DNA of 64,000 bases from NCBI RefSeq assembly GCF_041248615.1, contig NZ_CP158426.1; one strand, written 5' to 3'. The position numbers and the translations under genes were made by a program. The stretch comes from Escherichia coli (GTDB lineage Bacteria; Pseudomonadota; Gammaproteobacteria; Enterobacterales; Enterobacteriaceae). Positions 9,096 through 19,574 of the stretch are shown here, piece after piece; the first letter of the stretch is position 1, and each line of letters starts with the position of its first letter. Below the pieces are notes generated by a model that searched no databases, was not told where the DNA came from, and saw only the letters and a program-made list of their open reading frames with translations.

Positions 9096-10522
9096 CAGTT
9101 GCCCCCTTTCAGGGTTAACAGGTATTCCGAGGTGATCTCAGTCTCATACGTCAGTCGCTCCAGCGGTGGCGGCGGCGTGTATTTGTAGCTCAGCAACAGG
9201 TGACCGGCTGCCAGTTCCGTCTCCGGATTACGGGCCGGATCAAACCAGCAGTTGAAACCCAGCAGTGCACCATCACTAATCATCTTTCGACCGTAGGCGT
9301 TGACCGACTCCGTCAGTGCATCAATCAGCGCCTGAGTAATCGGCATGTCGATGTACTGCTGACTGAAGTAACGAATGGACTCGTTGATCACATCACCGGT
9401 GCGGCGAACATTCTCAAAGTTACGCATATGGGTGACCGTTGGCCATGCTGCCGTCCGGTTACCACACAGACGAAGGCCGCTGCCATAACTGCTGAATACC
9501 GTGGTGATCCCCTGTTCGTTAAGCAGGTTCACCTCACTCTGTGGGTCATCAATCATCGCGGACAGCTGGCGCTCCACACCGGTGATCCCCAGAATCTCCT
9601 GATTGGAGGACGACCACCAGTAGCCCTTGTCCAGATCGACTCTGGCACGCAGACCTGCTGCACGCTGGCTGAGCGGCTCCAGACGCTCCGTGTTTGTCAC
9701 CGGGTCATATACCTTCACATGCGGATAGCACAGACGGACGCGGTCGGAGCTGGTATTGAAGTTAATGGTGCCTTCCGGGCCACGACCTGCCAGAGCCTGT
9801 GCAAAGGTGGTACCGACAGGCGCATCAATGTAGGTTACCGCTCCCAGCTTCTCTGTCATGGCGATAAGCTCAACTGCTACACTCTTCTGGGTGCAGAACA
9901 CCGGCGCAATCAGAATTTTGGCAAAATAGCCGTACAGGTTGAAGCTGTCGTTAAGCAGCTTCATGCCGGTTCGGTTTCCGGCGCTGTTCACCCCGCCGAT
10001 GATGTCCGCCGCAGTCACCTTCGACGGGTCCGCGTACTCATAGCTCACCTTCACGCTGCCACTGGCCTCAATAGCCTTGCCCAGGTTCGTGAGCACACCC
10101 GTCTGCGCATCAACACGGTAGTCCGTGTTCGCCGTGTGGGTGGTGCTGCCTTCACTGTTTTTCACCACCACATTAGCGACAACCGGATGCGCCAGTCTGG
10201 CCTGCCCTGTCGATTTGTCAAAGGTAACCACTTCACCCTGGATCGCCGTTTTATGTTTCGCCGGGTCGAGGACGTTAATGACCAGAACGGTGCCTGCACC
10301 ATGGTCATAAATCGCATCCAGCGCCTGCGGAATGGTAAAGCCGGTGAACTGGCTGCCAAATGCCGCTGCGTCTTTCTCAGACAGGCACTGTACCAGCGTA
10401 TTGACGTCCCCCATCGGGGCGGTACCAATCAGGCCAATAACGGCAGATTTCACCGTTTTAACCGGGCGGGCTCCGTTTTCCACCTCAATGGTTTCGACGC
10501 CATGCAGATAGTTAGCTGCCAT
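9095..10522 (-). CDS. Tail sheath protein (contractile tail)
   Basis: 475-aa ORF; recalled similarity to Mu L / P2 FI sheath family. Confidence 0.85.
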   Translation of the reverse strand: MAANYLHGVETIEVENGARPVKTVKSAVIGLIGTAPMGDVNTLVQCLSEKDAAAFGSQFTGFTIPQALDAIYDHGAGTVLVINVLDPAKHKTAIQGEVVTFDKSTGQARLAHPVVANVVVKNSEGSTTHTANTDYRVDAQTGVLTNLGKAIEASGSVKVSYEYADPSKVTAADIIGGVNSAGNRTGMKLLNDSFNLYGYFAKILIAPVFCTQKSVAVELIAMTEKLGAVTYIDAPVGTTFAQALAGRGPEGTINFNTSSDRVRLCYPHVKVYDPVTNTERLEPLSQRAAGLRARVDLDKGYWWSSSNQEILGITGVERQLSAMIDDPQSEVNLLNEQGITTVFSSYGSGLRLCGNRTAAWPTVTHMRNFENVRRTGDVINESIRYFSQQYIDMPITQALIDALTESVNAYGRKMISDGALLGFNCWFDPARNPETELAAGHLLLSYKYTPPPPLERLTYETEITSEYLLTLKGGN

Positions 10523-10766
10523 GGGAGTCCTCCGTTTTCACTTCGCTGTCACTGCTGCTTCTGCGCTTTGGTGACTGCACAGCCGGTGCGCCGGCGGGTT
10601 TAGTCTCTTCTGGTACCGGCGTCAGGTGCTTCAGTGCCACCAGTACCTTCACATAGTCATGCTCCTCCGGCAGGGAAACAGTCTTCCCCGGCCAGAGCAG
10701 GATTTCGGTTCCGTCCGACAGCGTGACGCCGCTGGCCGGGCCGGAATAGCGGTATGCTTTCATCAC
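10512..10766 (-). CDS. Small phage protein (DUF2635-like)
   Basis: 84-aa ORF upstream of the sheath gene, as in Mu-like phages. Confidence 0.5.
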   Translation of the reverse strand: MMKAYRYSGPASGVTLSDGTEILLWPGKTVSLPEEHDYVKVLVALKHLTPVPEETKPAGAPAVQSPKRRSSSDSEVKTEDSHGS

Positions 10767-11227
10767 TCGCTTTCCTCATAGTTCACTTCGGTTAACAGCG
10801 GGCCGGACGGTAAATCGCTGTCTTCGATAAAGACGCTTTCAGTCGCGAAGTCGAGGGCGTATTGCCACAGCCCCCTGACTTCACCGATAAACACCTCGCG
10901 GGTCAGCCAGATACGACGGCGGCAGCCGGGCGGGGTGTAGCCACCGAGAATGCGGCGGACAGCATCCAGGACATTAATCGCCCCTTTTTTACCGTTGAGC
11001 TGGCGGAAGACCACCGTGACGCAGAGCTGGATAGTCTGAGGCTGGATCACCGCACCGGTATCATCCGGCCTGTCAAAGCGCGAACCGGCATAGCTCAGCA
11101 GCAACGCGCCAACCGGATGGTTCAGGCGATATTCAGCCGGTTTCTCCGGGAAGTACTCCACCTGCAGTTGCGGCAGCTTCTCGCGTAACCGGGCCAGTAC
11201 CGCATCAAGGACGGGCAGAACGTTCAT
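10763..11227 (-). CDS. Mu gp37-like head-tail protein (DUF1834-like)
   Basis: 154-aa ORF in the conserved position between head and tail genes. Confidence 0.6.
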   Translation of the reverse strand: MNVLPVLDAVLARLREKLPQLQVEYFPEKPAEYRLNHPVGALLLSYAGSRFDRPDDTGAVIQPQTIQLCVTVVFRQLNGKKGAINVLDAVRRILGGYTPPGCRRRIWLTREVFIGEVRGLWQYALDFATESVFIEDSDLPSGPLLTEVNYEESE

Positions 11228-11673
11228 CAGTATTTCTCCAGTAAACCGTCACGACCGCCGAAAGTGGCCGGGCGACTGCGTACACGAAACTCTCCTGGTT
11301 CAGGCACATCTTTCTGAGTGGACGGCAGCCCCAGCGTGAGCCTGTTATCACGTAACTCCCTGAGTTGCCGCAGCGCTTCTTTGTGGTCATCCTTCACCGT
11401 ATCCGGGAGGTCACCTTCCGGGCGGCGGGCGTAGAGCCGGTAACGGACCAGCGTGATGGCAATGTCCCGCAGAACGGTCGGTATCTCCGCCAGCGGCAGG
11501 ATATAGCGTCCGCGCAGATGGGCATCAATCAGCTCGTCGGCATAGCGGATACAGCTGTCCACCACACGGGTATTCACTGTTGCAGGCGAGTCGAAGTCCA
11601 TATCTTCACTGGTGAGCTCGATCAGCGTTCGTTCCGGCACCTGCGCAAGCAAATCCTCCAGGGTGCAGTACAT
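11227..11673 (-). CDS. Mu gp36-like protein (DUF1320-like)
   Basis: ORF 11227..11835; start placed at internal Met (MYCTLEDLL...) abutting the upstream gene stop. Confidence 0.55.
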   Translation of the reverse strand: MYCTLEDLLAQVPERTLIELTSEDMDFDSPATVNTRVVDSCIRYADELIDAHLRGRYILPLAEIPTVLRDIAITLVRYRLYARRPEGDLPDTVKDDHKEALRQLRELRDNRLTLGLPSTQKDVPEPGEFRVRSRPATFGGRDGLLEKY

Positions 11674-11674
11674 C

Positions 11675-12010
11675 TCACACCCCGCGCAGGATACGGATGA
11701 TGTCGCCTTCGGCCTTTGCCTCATCCAGTGCAATGCCACAGGATTTACCACTGTCAGCCTGAGGAACAGCCCTTGATTTGGCATCAGACTGTACCAGTGC
11801 CCCTCTGGAAACTGCCGCTCCCGTTTCAACTGCAAGGATCCCAGTCACACTCACCGGGGTCAGATCACCTGCACGGGCATCCACCTGGGCGACACCGACG
11901 GCAACGGCACCCTGCTTACATGCGCCGTTATCTGCTCCCACAAACCTCTGCTGAGTAAGTGCAGTACTGGCTGTGACTGTCATGGTCAGAGTGACCTGCT
12001 GTGTAGTCAT
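11675..12010 (-). CDS. Small head-associated protein (DUF2190-like)
   Basis: 111-aa Ala/Thr-rich ORF directly after the major capsid gene. Confidence 0.5.
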   Translation of the reverse strand: MTTQQVTLTMTVTASTALTQQRFVGADNGACKQGAVAVGVAQVDARAGDLTPVSVTGILAVETGAAVSRGALVQSDAKSRAVPQADSGKSCGIALDEAKAEGDIIRILRGV

Positions 12011-12020
12011 AGACTTCTCC

Positions 12021-12974
12021 TTACTTCACTATATTTGTAACGAGATAACCGGCATCCCCGCCCACGACCGCCACCTTATAGATGTCGGTATAACGGCAGT
12101 ACTTCACCTTTCCGCCCACTCCATCGTATTTATCTGCCACCGGCATCCCCTTACGTCGCAGGGTATACCCGAACGATGGTTCATTTTCGTCGGCACTTTC
12201 GGCACCTTCTCGCGGTGGAGTGACATAGAAGAGCATGAGATTATCTCCCCAGATGTCCACCGGATATTTGTTCCGGTTGCCTGCATCAGTCATGGATGCC
12301 ATGGAAACAGGCTCACCCACAATGACCTTGTCCAGACCAAAAAGCTCCCTGAGGATTTGCGGGGTGATCCGTTTTCTCTCATTAAGTCCCAGAGCAGTGG
12401 TGATGGCTGGATGATATCTCAGCAGGGGCATCACACTGGCTCCCATGACCATCAGATTGGGTCTGACCCCGATCTTACTTCGCACAGCTTCAATGCCTCC
12501 CTCAATGACCTCAACAGGATCACCATGGCCTCCTTCCCAGCGTTCAACAGACGTCATCGTCTTTACCGAAGATGCCGGGTACACTTTTTTGTCCTGCGCA
12601 AGACGGGCAGCAATAAGCTCACGGCGAAGATGAATGCCATTTGTCACCCGCCGGATTGCCTTGGCCTCTTCGTTGAACATTGACTCCGTCTGTTCACGGT
12701 AGTCCACAGGTGCAGCAAGATCGTGCTCATGCAACACCAGATCCAGCGTACTGCTCTTTTCCCTGATCAGAACATTACTGTCTGCCCCCACAGCACGGAC
12801 GGTATCAACTTCCACAAACGCTGATCTCCCGAAAACGGGGACCGTTACCGCTTCTCTGTCCGTATACACAACCGGAAATATATGTTCTCCGATGAAGGCT
12901 GCATTCCTGTAGCCACGCGCGATGCTGGTCATAACAGGATCAACAACGCGTTTACTTTTTAAGTAATCAGACAT
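12021..12974 (-). CDS. Major capsid protein, Mu T-like
   Basis: 317-aa ORF following the protease/scaffold gene. Confidence 0.8.
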   Translation of the reverse strand: MSDYLKSKRVVDPVMTSIARGYRNAAFIGEHIFPVVYTDREAVTVPVFGRSAFVEVDTVRAVGADSNVLIREKSSTLDLVLHEHDLAAPVDYREQTESMFNEEAKAIRRVTNGIHLRRELIAARLAQDKKVYPASSVKTMTSVERWEGGHGDPVEVIEGGIEAVRSKIGVRPNLMVMGASVMPLLRYHPAITTALGLNERKRITPQILRELFGLDKVIVGEPVSMASMTDAGNRNKYPVDIWGDNLMLFYVTPPREGAESADENEPSFGYTLRRKGMPVADKYDGVGGKVKYCRYTDIYKVAVVGGDAGYLVTNIVK

Positions 12975-12983
12975 GCTTTCTCC

Positions 12984-14099
12984 TTACAGGCAGCGTGTGA
13001 CAGCAGCCTCATAGCTGATGCCTTCTTTTTTCGACAGTTCCACAGCCTTCTGGTGCAGTGCCAGACGGTCAGGGTCGGCTTCTGCAAACTCCGTCACATC
13101 CACTTTCACCGTGTCGCCGACACGCTCCTTCGTGGCCTGTTCGGCGAAGTTCATCACCGGCTCCCCGTCGGAGAGCAGCGAACGGAAGGCGGTGGCCAGC
13201 GGTGTGCGGCTTTCCCCCTCAGCAAACTCCACCGGCTTGTTGCCACCGGCGACGGCATCCAGCAGGGCAACCACCACGGAGGAGGCGCGGGGAGCCAGAC
13301 GGCCCTCTGCGACCAGTTTTTCTGCAAAGGCCACATTGTCCTTATGCAGTTGCTCCTGTCTGACCTGTGCATCACGCGCATCGCGATCAGCAGCCTGCTG
13401 CTTCAGGCGGCGGTTCTCCGCCTGAAGGGCTTCAATCTCTTCTTTTGTCATCGATGATTCCTCGTTACTTGCGGAAGACGGCACCTGGCCTGTCTCACTG
13501 AATTGCGCACCTGCTGCATCCTGCGACGGTGTGTCGCGGTACGCCTCTTCGCGCAGACTGTTGAGCTGCCATTCCGGCAGAACTTTTTCTGCTTCGTCCA
13601 GACTGAAGCGGGCGATCAGAAAATCGCGCAGCTTTCCCCACAGTGAGGCATTCGTGATGGCCTGCCAGTCGGCGAACTCCACCACACCTTCTTCCTGCTC
13701 ACTGAAGGACACCTGTTTCAGCCCTTTGACGGAAGGTGGCTGTGCCCCGAGAAAGCCCACATGGCGCAGGTAGAGCACGCCGGGCTTCGGATTGGACGGT
13801 GAATCCGGGAGGTAGAAAGAGGCAGACACTTTTTTGAATCGTCCGTCGGTGACCATCTCAGCAAACTGCGGGTCCAGCTGGGCAGGCTCTGCCATCAGAT
13901 CGACGCCGCTGAGCGACAGGGCTTTCACCCAGCCCCACGCCGGGTCTTCCGTTCTGGGATGACCAATCACGAGTGGTGCTTCATGGACGGACGGGTCATA
14001 GGCTTTCACGCAGGCGGCAAGATCGTCTGGCGTGAACGGCAGTTTTTTGCCGTGCATATCGGTATGAGTACCGGCTTTAAAAATGTGAATGGCTGACAT
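12984..14099 (-). CDS. Head maturation protease/scaffold, Mu I-like
   Basis: 371-aa ORF with coiled-coil Gln/Ala-rich C-terminal half, upstream of the major capsid gene. Confidence 0.75.
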   Translation of the reverse strand: MSAIHIFKAGTHTDMHGKKLPFTPDDLAACVKAYDPSVHEAPLVIGHPRTEDPAWGWVKALSLSGVDLMAEPAQLDPQFAEMVTDGRFKKVSASFYLPDSPSNPKPGVLYLRHVGFLGAQPPSVKGLKQVSFSEQEEGVVEFADWQAITNASLWGKLRDFLIARFSLDEAEKVLPEWQLNSLREEAYRDTPSQDAAGAQFSETGQVPSSASNEESSMTKEEIEALQAENRRLKQQAADRDARDAQVRQEQLHKDNVAFAEKLVAEGRLAPRASSVVVALLDAVAGGNKPVEFAEGESRTPLATAFRSLLSDGEPVMNFAEQATKERVGDTVKVDVTEFAEADPDRLALHQKAVELSKKEGISYEAAVTRCL

Positions 14100-14313
14100 T
14101 TTGCTGTCCCGCGTTATGTTGTCGGAGACAGTTTGTGAGAAATGCGGGCCCGGCGATTTTAATCTGCTTTAGAAAACATCAGGGGAGAAGGACAGGGAAA
14201 GCAATGTGGTGAACCGGAGGCAGTTATAAAACAGAGGCTGTAAAGCCTTTATAAAGGTAATACAGCCCCTCATTCGCTGGCAATGATAAATCACCCGCCT
14301 GAAGAGAGAAAAC

Positions 14314-14772
14314 TCAGCGACGGGCCGCTGATTCAAGATGGCGGACAATGGTATCGAGGATGGGGATTACCACTTCAGGCTGTAGTTCTCCATCCCCCGT
14401 CACCGGCAGGAACGGGCGGGCCGGAAGTTCAACAGACTCATTACGCCCCGTTTTACCCCCGAACTGGTGAATGGCACCGTAAACAACGTTGGTCCCCACA
14501 ACCGCCTGCCGGTCGTCATGGTCGGTTGATACTGACCCCATCAGACGCCCGGTATCCTGCAGTGTCTGCCCGTCACGTTCTTCCGCTGCCAGCGAGGGCA
14601 TCCACCCCGGACGCCCCTCATCAAGAAAGTTAAACTGTGTTTCCGCCAGCAGGGTTCCGGCGATTTTGCGCATCGCGGGCTCCATGTCTGTGGCAGCCAG
14701 ATCCAGCGCACGGAGGCTCCGGCGCAGGGATTTATCATTAATGGTGATACTGACCAGGTTATCGGAAGCCAT
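14314..14772 (-). CDS. Virion morphogenesis protein, Mu G-like
   Basis: 152-aa ORF between F-like and I-like genes. Confidence 0.65.
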   Translation of the reverse strand: MASDNLVSITINDKSLRRSLRALDLAATDMEPAMRKIAGTLLAETQFNFLDEGRPGWMPSLAAEERDGQTLQDTGRLMGSVSTDHDDRQAVVGTNVVYGAIHQFGGKTGRNESVELPARPFLPVTGDGELQPEVVIPILDTIVRHLESAARR

Positions 14773-14774
14773 TG

Positions 14775-15596
14775 TTATCCTCTCAGTTCCTGTTGTGCCA
14801 GTGTCTGAAGCGTACCCTGATAGCGGGCCAGGTCGGGACGGTATGCTGCCCCCGGTGCATAAGACCAGCCGACGTCGGTGGTCACCTTCGTGGTGCCGGT
14901 ATTAAAGGTGGCCACGTTCCGCATTTCGCCGGTTTTCTCTGAGACCAGTTTCAGTTCCTGGCCCATGGCAGAGCCGGAGCTGATAACCTTCAGGCCACGG
15001 GCACGTACATCCGCCGCACTCAGGGCAATCACACTACAGCGGCAGCGCCAGCCGTTCGGCGGGTAAAATGCCTGCCAGAACGGGTCATCCCAGCGCAGCA
15101 CCAGACCATGCAGCGCCAGATGGCTCCTGCGGGTATGGCTGTCGTTGATGCCGGTATACATCCAGTACGGCCTGTCGTCGACGTTTTCCATCTGTTCCGC
15201 CCAACGACCGGCGCTGTAGAGTACGGACATATTGGTGCGAAAGATGGTATCGAGCCGCCACGGACTGCCCTGCTGAATGGTGACCGGCTCACCCGTTACC
15301 GGGTCAGTCGTGTCACGTGGTCCCCACCATCCCTTACGCTTCAGCACCGGCTCCAGCTCCTGCCGGAACCAGCGATCGGTTTTTCCTTCATCGACAGCCT
15401 GCTGCAGTGCCCCGCGAATATCTTCCAGGATATCCAGGCGGGTCACTTTAGCAACGGTAAAGGCGCGGGCATGGGCCTCCTGCCACATTTCTTCCTGGTC
15501 CCAGGTAATCTGATATCCTTTGGACTTCAGGTAGTTGATTGCCCGCTTCGGGGGAAGCGTCATGCAGTACGCCAGTTCAGCCGTTGTCACGCTCAT
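14775..15596 (-). CDS. Head morphogenesis protein, Mu F-like
   Basis: ORF 14775..15623; start placed at MSVTTAEL; follows the portal gene. Confidence 0.7.
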   Translation of the reverse strand: MSVTTAELAYCMTLPPKRAINYLKSKGYQITWDQEEMWQEAHARAFTVAKVTRLDILEDIRGALQQAVDEGKTDRWFRQELEPVLKRKGWWGPRDTTDPVTGEPVTIQQGSPWRLDTIFRTNMSVLYSAGRWAEQMENVDDRPYWMYTGINDSHTRRSHLALHGLVLRWDDPFWQAFYPPNGWRCRCSVIALSAADVRARGLKVISSGSAMGQELKLVSEKTGEMRNVATFNTGTTKVTTDVGWSYAPGAAYRPDLARYQGTLQTLAQQELRG

Positions 15597-17073
15597 GCAG
15601 ACGCCCCCAGATATTTGCCACAAAGAGAATGCGGGCCAGCCGCTCCTGCAGATCGTCCGTGTTCATCTGAGGGTAGAGCTCCGCCAGTTCGCCCAGCAGC
15701 TCAGACGGGTTAACCCCATTTTCGACCCGCCTGAACAGAGGTGCCAGGACGGGTTCCAGCGTGCCATTTAACGCGCCTCCGTTCATCAGAATGTCCAGCG
15801 CGTCGTCAAGCTGCTGCTGAGCCTGAATATCAGCATCAATCGCCTCGGCAAATGACAGCGGCAGCATGTTATTCTGGCGTTCCGACGGTGGTGTCTCGTC
15901 AATATCGCCGTCCTGCAGTTGGTACTCACGCTTGAAGTACTGCGGGGTCAGACGCAGACCCGCCCGGGTGAGTTTTTCGTCGCGGGTGGCACGGGTGTCA
16001 TCAATGGCCTCCTGTTCCCACATGGCCCAGACCGGACACGGCACATCGCCGAAGTTCAGGGTGACCACCGTTCTGATGACCTGATTCACTGCCGCCTGAA
16101 TGATGTCCGCATCCGCATCGCGGATATCAGCCGTTACCTCCAGCCCGGCCTGTGCAGAGGCCTTGTTACTGTTCGCTTCCGTGGTCTGATTCTGACCGAG
16201 TAATGCAATGGAGATCTCACTGCGTGACAGTGTGATCAGCTCGCGAAATACCTCGCTGCTGTCCGCCTTGCCATCCGCTGCTTTGAGTTCGATGCTGCTG
16301 TCATCAGGGATGGCGGCCACCGCGTCCTCCACCATCTGCTCCATGGAGTCCAGCAGTTTTTCAATCTCTGCATCATTTGCACCCCTCGGGTGCTTACCGA
16401 TGACCCAGGGGGAGCCAAACTTTTCGGCAAAGCGGAGCCAGAATTTCATCCCGCCTTTCTTGAAGGCGACCGGCCAGAAGCACATGGACAGGTCCGGGAA
16501 ACCGTAAGGATTGTCATACGAGGCATCCTGTGCCGGCACCACGAATTTTGACGGTGACAGCAGCTCACCCTCCACACCCGCATCACGAGCCCGGAAGCGC
16601 AGGCAGTTGTCCGTATCAAACTGAAACCACTCAGGCGGTTTGCCGACAATATCCGTCACCGTCCACGCCCTGACCGAACGGCCCCACATGATTTCACAGG
16701 GCTGATACCCGTAGAGCACGGCATCGCTCATCTCACCGATGATGCGGGACAGATCCAGATCGTCGAGCATGTCGCGGATGAAACGGAAGACCCGGGCAGA
16801 AGCGTGACCGCGCTCCAGTCCACGCTCCAGTGATTTGAGCGCTGCTTTACGTCTGCGGATACAGCCCCCGACCAGCGGGTCGGTGCGCAGTTCGCGGTAG
16901 ATACGGATATCCCGTCCCTGAGCCTTGAGAATGGGATCAGGATTGGGCAGATACATGCCCAGAGCGTAAAAATCAATGGCTCGACTGCGGGAGGCAATCT
17001 GCGCGGTCAGTGATTTTTTGGGTTCGGCGAACGCCACGAACTCATCGGGTGAAACCCAGATGCCTTTTGCCAT
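15577..17073 (-). CDS. Portal protein, Mu gp29-like (DUF935)
   Basis: 498-aa ORF directly after the terminase large subunit. Confidence 0.8.
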   Translation of the reverse strand: MAKGIWVSPDEFVAFAEPKKSLTAQIASRSRAIDFYALGMYLPNPDPILKAQGRDIRIYRELRTDPLVGGCIRRRKAALKSLERGLERGHASARVFRFIRDMLDDLDLSRIIGEMSDAVLYGYQPCEIMWGRSVRAWTVTDIVGKPPEWFQFDTDNCLRFRARDAGVEGELLSPSKFVVPAQDASYDNPYGFPDLSMCFWPVAFKKGGMKFWLRFAEKFGSPWVIGKHPRGANDAEIEKLLDSMEQMVEDAVAAIPDDSSIELKAADGKADSSEVFRELITLSRSEISIALLGQNQTTEANSNKASAQAGLEVTADIRDADADIIQAAVNQVIRTVVTLNFGDVPCPVWAMWEQEAIDDTRATRDEKLTRAGLRLTPQYFKREYQLQDGDIDETPPSERQNNMLPLSFAEAIDADIQAQQQLDDALDILMNGGALNGTLEPVLAPLFRRVENGVNPSELLGELAELYPQMNTDDLQERLARILFVANIWGRLHERDNG

Positions 17074-18389
17074 CAGAATCCCTCCAGCATGCGGGCGGCT
17101 TCACGGCGGCGGCGCGAACGCGCCACTACCGGCCCTGACGGTCCGTCAGTGGCGTTAATAGCCAGAAAACAGGCCCATGTACGGTCGGCGTGACCTGCTG
17201 CATCACTTTCCGCCACAAAGCGAGGCGCTCCGGTAGGTCCGGTGATCTTACGGAGCTTATGCAGATCACTGCGCAGTACCACATCTCCCGCGGGAATACG
17301 CAGGCGGCGGTCCTCAAACATCTCCCTGCCACGGGTCGCGAGGGTGAGCTTGTTCGGGCTGTTAAATATCACCCCCTCCACACGACTCCTGCCGTGGCGC
17401 TCCTGAGCATCTTCCACAGGCTTTTCCCCCATTCCTGTCTGATCCATACAGCAGCGCAGCACGCGATAACGGAAAAATACGTCATCCAGCAAAGCATCCT
17501 GCTCAGCAAAGGTGGCCCGTTTACGGGTGATGATTTCCCGGGTCCAGTAGACATCCCCCACCTGTTCAAGCACCCAGATGACAAACAGGTCATTACGAAC
17601 AGCAATATCCACCCCCACAAAGCAGGGGCCACCCGTATAGTGCACCGGCAGCCCGGCAGCATCGTGCTCCACGCCGTCAATCAGTTCAAACGTCAGCCAG
17701 GCCGATGCCTCATCCAGCCACTTCAGTTCAAACTCCTGTGCCCAGGCGTCATCATCGTTGAGCGCCTGTCGCATCTGTGCAATATCACGCGGAAGGCCGT
17801 CGCGCACGGCACGGTAAATATCCACGATGTGACGTGACCAGACATTTTCAAGGGCGTTGCTGGTCATCAGTTCATAAAACTTGTTTCCCTTGCCGTTCGG
17901 CGTCGATGTCACACGCAGTCTGTAGCCGTTGGAAATGACCGGAAACAGAGCGGTCCAGATTTTGCGACTGTCGGCATGGAAGGCGAACTCATCCAGAAAA
18001 ACGTTAGCCGCAAACCCACGGGCCGTGTCGGCATTGGCCGGCAGGGCCGTGATACGGGAGCCACCGGGTAACTCCACCTCAAGCATGGTATAGCGTTCGC
18101 CACTTTCGGCCCTGTAATAACTCTCCATTTCACGGGCTGCCATCCGGTAGGCGCTGCAGTGTTTTTTCACCCCCTCCACCATGGCTTCTTTTGCCTGGCG
18201 CTCCCCGCGCGAGAGGATCACCCAGCGTGTACGTCCCCCTGAGGCCTCCGTTTCAAAACAGTCATCAACCAGCTCCAGCGTGGTGGTGAACGTCTTGCCC
18301 GTCTGACGGGCAAACATACCAATCTTGAAACGGGCACGATCCAGAAACCACGACTGCTGATAGGGATACAGCTGAATGGCCGCTGTCAT
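17073..18389 (-). CDS. Terminase large subunit, Mu gp28-like
   Basis: 438-aa ORF with ATPase-like N-terminus (FARQTGKT) upstream of the portal gene. Confidence 0.8.
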   Translation of the reverse strand: MTAAIQLYPYQQSWFLDRARFKIGMFARQTGKTFTTTLELVDDCFETEASGGRTRWVILSRGERQAKEAMVEGVKKHCSAYRMAAREMESYYRAESGERYTMLEVELPGGSRITALPANADTARGFAANVFLDEFAFHADSRKIWTALFPVISNGYRLRVTSTPNGKGNKFYELMTSNALENVWSRHIVDIYRAVRDGLPRDIAQMRQALNDDDAWAQEFELKWLDEASAWLTFELIDGVEHDAAGLPVHYTGGPCFVGVDIAVRNDLFVIWVLEQVGDVYWTREIITRKRATFAEQDALLDDVFFRYRVLRCCMDQTGMGEKPVEDAQERHGRSRVEGVIFNSPNKLTLATRGREMFEDRRLRIPAGDVVLRSDLHKLRKITGPTGAPRFVAESDAAGHADRTWACFLAINATDGPSGPVVARSRRRREAARMLEGF

Positions 18390-18940
18390 GAGATCACCCC
18401 GTAAATCTGTTCCCGCACCATCTTCAGGGTTTCCAGACTCAGGCGGGTGTCGCCGGACTTCGCCTGTTTTTCCAGAGCATTCATCCGTGCCTCAATTTTT
18501 GCCAGCACCTCGGCCCGGAATCGCTTGTGGGTCACCGAAGCACGGACAAGAGTGGCTATGCTTTCCGAAGCAGTGGCCAGCAGTTTTGCGCGTTTTGCAG
18601 GATCATCACTTTCTCCGATTTCCTGCAGACGCATCAGAACATCCAGCATCTCGGTCTGAATCAATGCCATCATCCCGGCAGAACGATCGTCCGCCTCGTC
18701 ACCGGCTTCCTGCGCCATCAGACGCGCGGCCTCGGTGGCGGCGCGGATGCGGGCCAGTTGTCGCTCCATTTTGTACCCGAACCGCTGCAGGGAGGAACGG
18801 GTGATGACGTATCCCTTCTCCTTCAGCAGGGCTTCCAGCCGGGCGTAGCCGCTGAAGTTATTCTCCGTCAGGGCTCGCTCCAGCCAGCGGCGCACCTCTG
18901 TCGGGAGGGTATCAATGCTGCTGCGACGTCCCATAATCAC
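18386..18940 (-). CDS. DUF3486 protein, Mu gp27-like (possible terminase small subunit)
   Basis: 184-aa helical ORF immediately upstream of the terminase large subunit. Confidence 0.6.
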   Translation of the reverse strand: MIMGRRSSIDTLPTEVRRWLERALTENNFSGYARLEALLKEKGYVITRSSLQRFGYKMERQLARIRAATEAARLMAQEAGDEADDRSAGMMALIQTEMLDVLMRLQEIGESDDPAKRAKLLATASESIATLVRASVTHKRFRAEVLAKIEARMNALEKQAKSGDTRLSLETLKMVREQIYGVIS

Positions 18941-19248
18941 TCACTCCAGTACTTTTCCGGGCGGGCAATACCCGGGCCGCATTCCACGGTGTATTCCACA
19001 ATATCCACACCAAGGCGACTCAGATCGGCAAACCAGTCACCGGAAGGTCTCTTCTCCAGCTCCACCATTTTGCGATCTGCCAGATAATCAAGCTCCCGGC
19101 GCAGCTCCAGTTGCGTGGTGTCCGGGTAGATGGCGCGGGACACTTCCAGCAGCAACGTCTCGCTGGCGGTGTAAGGGCGGGTTTTGTTAAGGGCAACCAG
19201 CAGACTCCAGCGCAGGGATTCACGGCGTACCCGGGTAATATCGACCAT
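18937..19248 (-). CDS. Hypothetical phage protein
   Basis: 103-aa ORF translationally coupled within the late operon. Confidence 0.5.
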   Translation of the reverse strand: MVDITRVRRESLRWSLLVALNKTRPYTASETLLLEVSRAIYPDTTQLELRRELDYLADRKMVELEKRPSGDWFADLSRLGVDIVEYTVECGPGIARPEKYWSE

Positions 19249-19574
19249 TATTGACCTCCGGTATTGCGGTACTGCTGTACCACTTCCAGTTTGTTGTAAA
19301 GCGCGTCCAGTTTGGCCTCGATGACTGTCTGGCCACGGATATAATCCTCGCGACGGACATAATTCAGCGGTAAATCCGCTTTAAATCGCATCAATTCTTT
19401 TTCCAGCTCGCCCCAACTGGAGGCGGACTGCTGCAGTGACTGCTCAAGAGAGGCAAAACGTGCAGCCTGACGTTCCTCCGCTTTACTGAACAGCCATTTG
19501 GCCATACCGCCAACAAAGCTCATGAAGGTGATGAGAAAGCCCACCACCGTCCAGAATTCAACCTGCAGTGTCAT
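19248..19574 (-). CDS. Membrane protein (DUF2730-like), lysis-associated
   Basis: 108-aa ORF with N-terminal transmembrane segment following the spanin gene. Confidence 0.55.
   Translation of the reverse strand: MTLQVEFWTVVGFLITFMSFVGGMAKWLFSKAEERQAARFASLEQSLQQSASSWGELEKELMRFKADLPLNYVRREDYIRGQTVIEAKLDALYNKLEVVQQYRNTGGQ

Noticed and set aside
9200-10603. 467-aa plus-strand ORF
   Set aside because: Lies entirely antisense to the tail sheath gene, which has a coherent product and operon context; the plus-strand frame has no RBS context or recognisable protein features.
15108-15713. 201-aa plus-strand ORF
   Set aside because: Antisense to the F-like head morphogenesis and portal genes.
17190-17837. 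215-aa plus-strand ORF
   Set aside because: Antisense to the Mu-like terminase large subunit.
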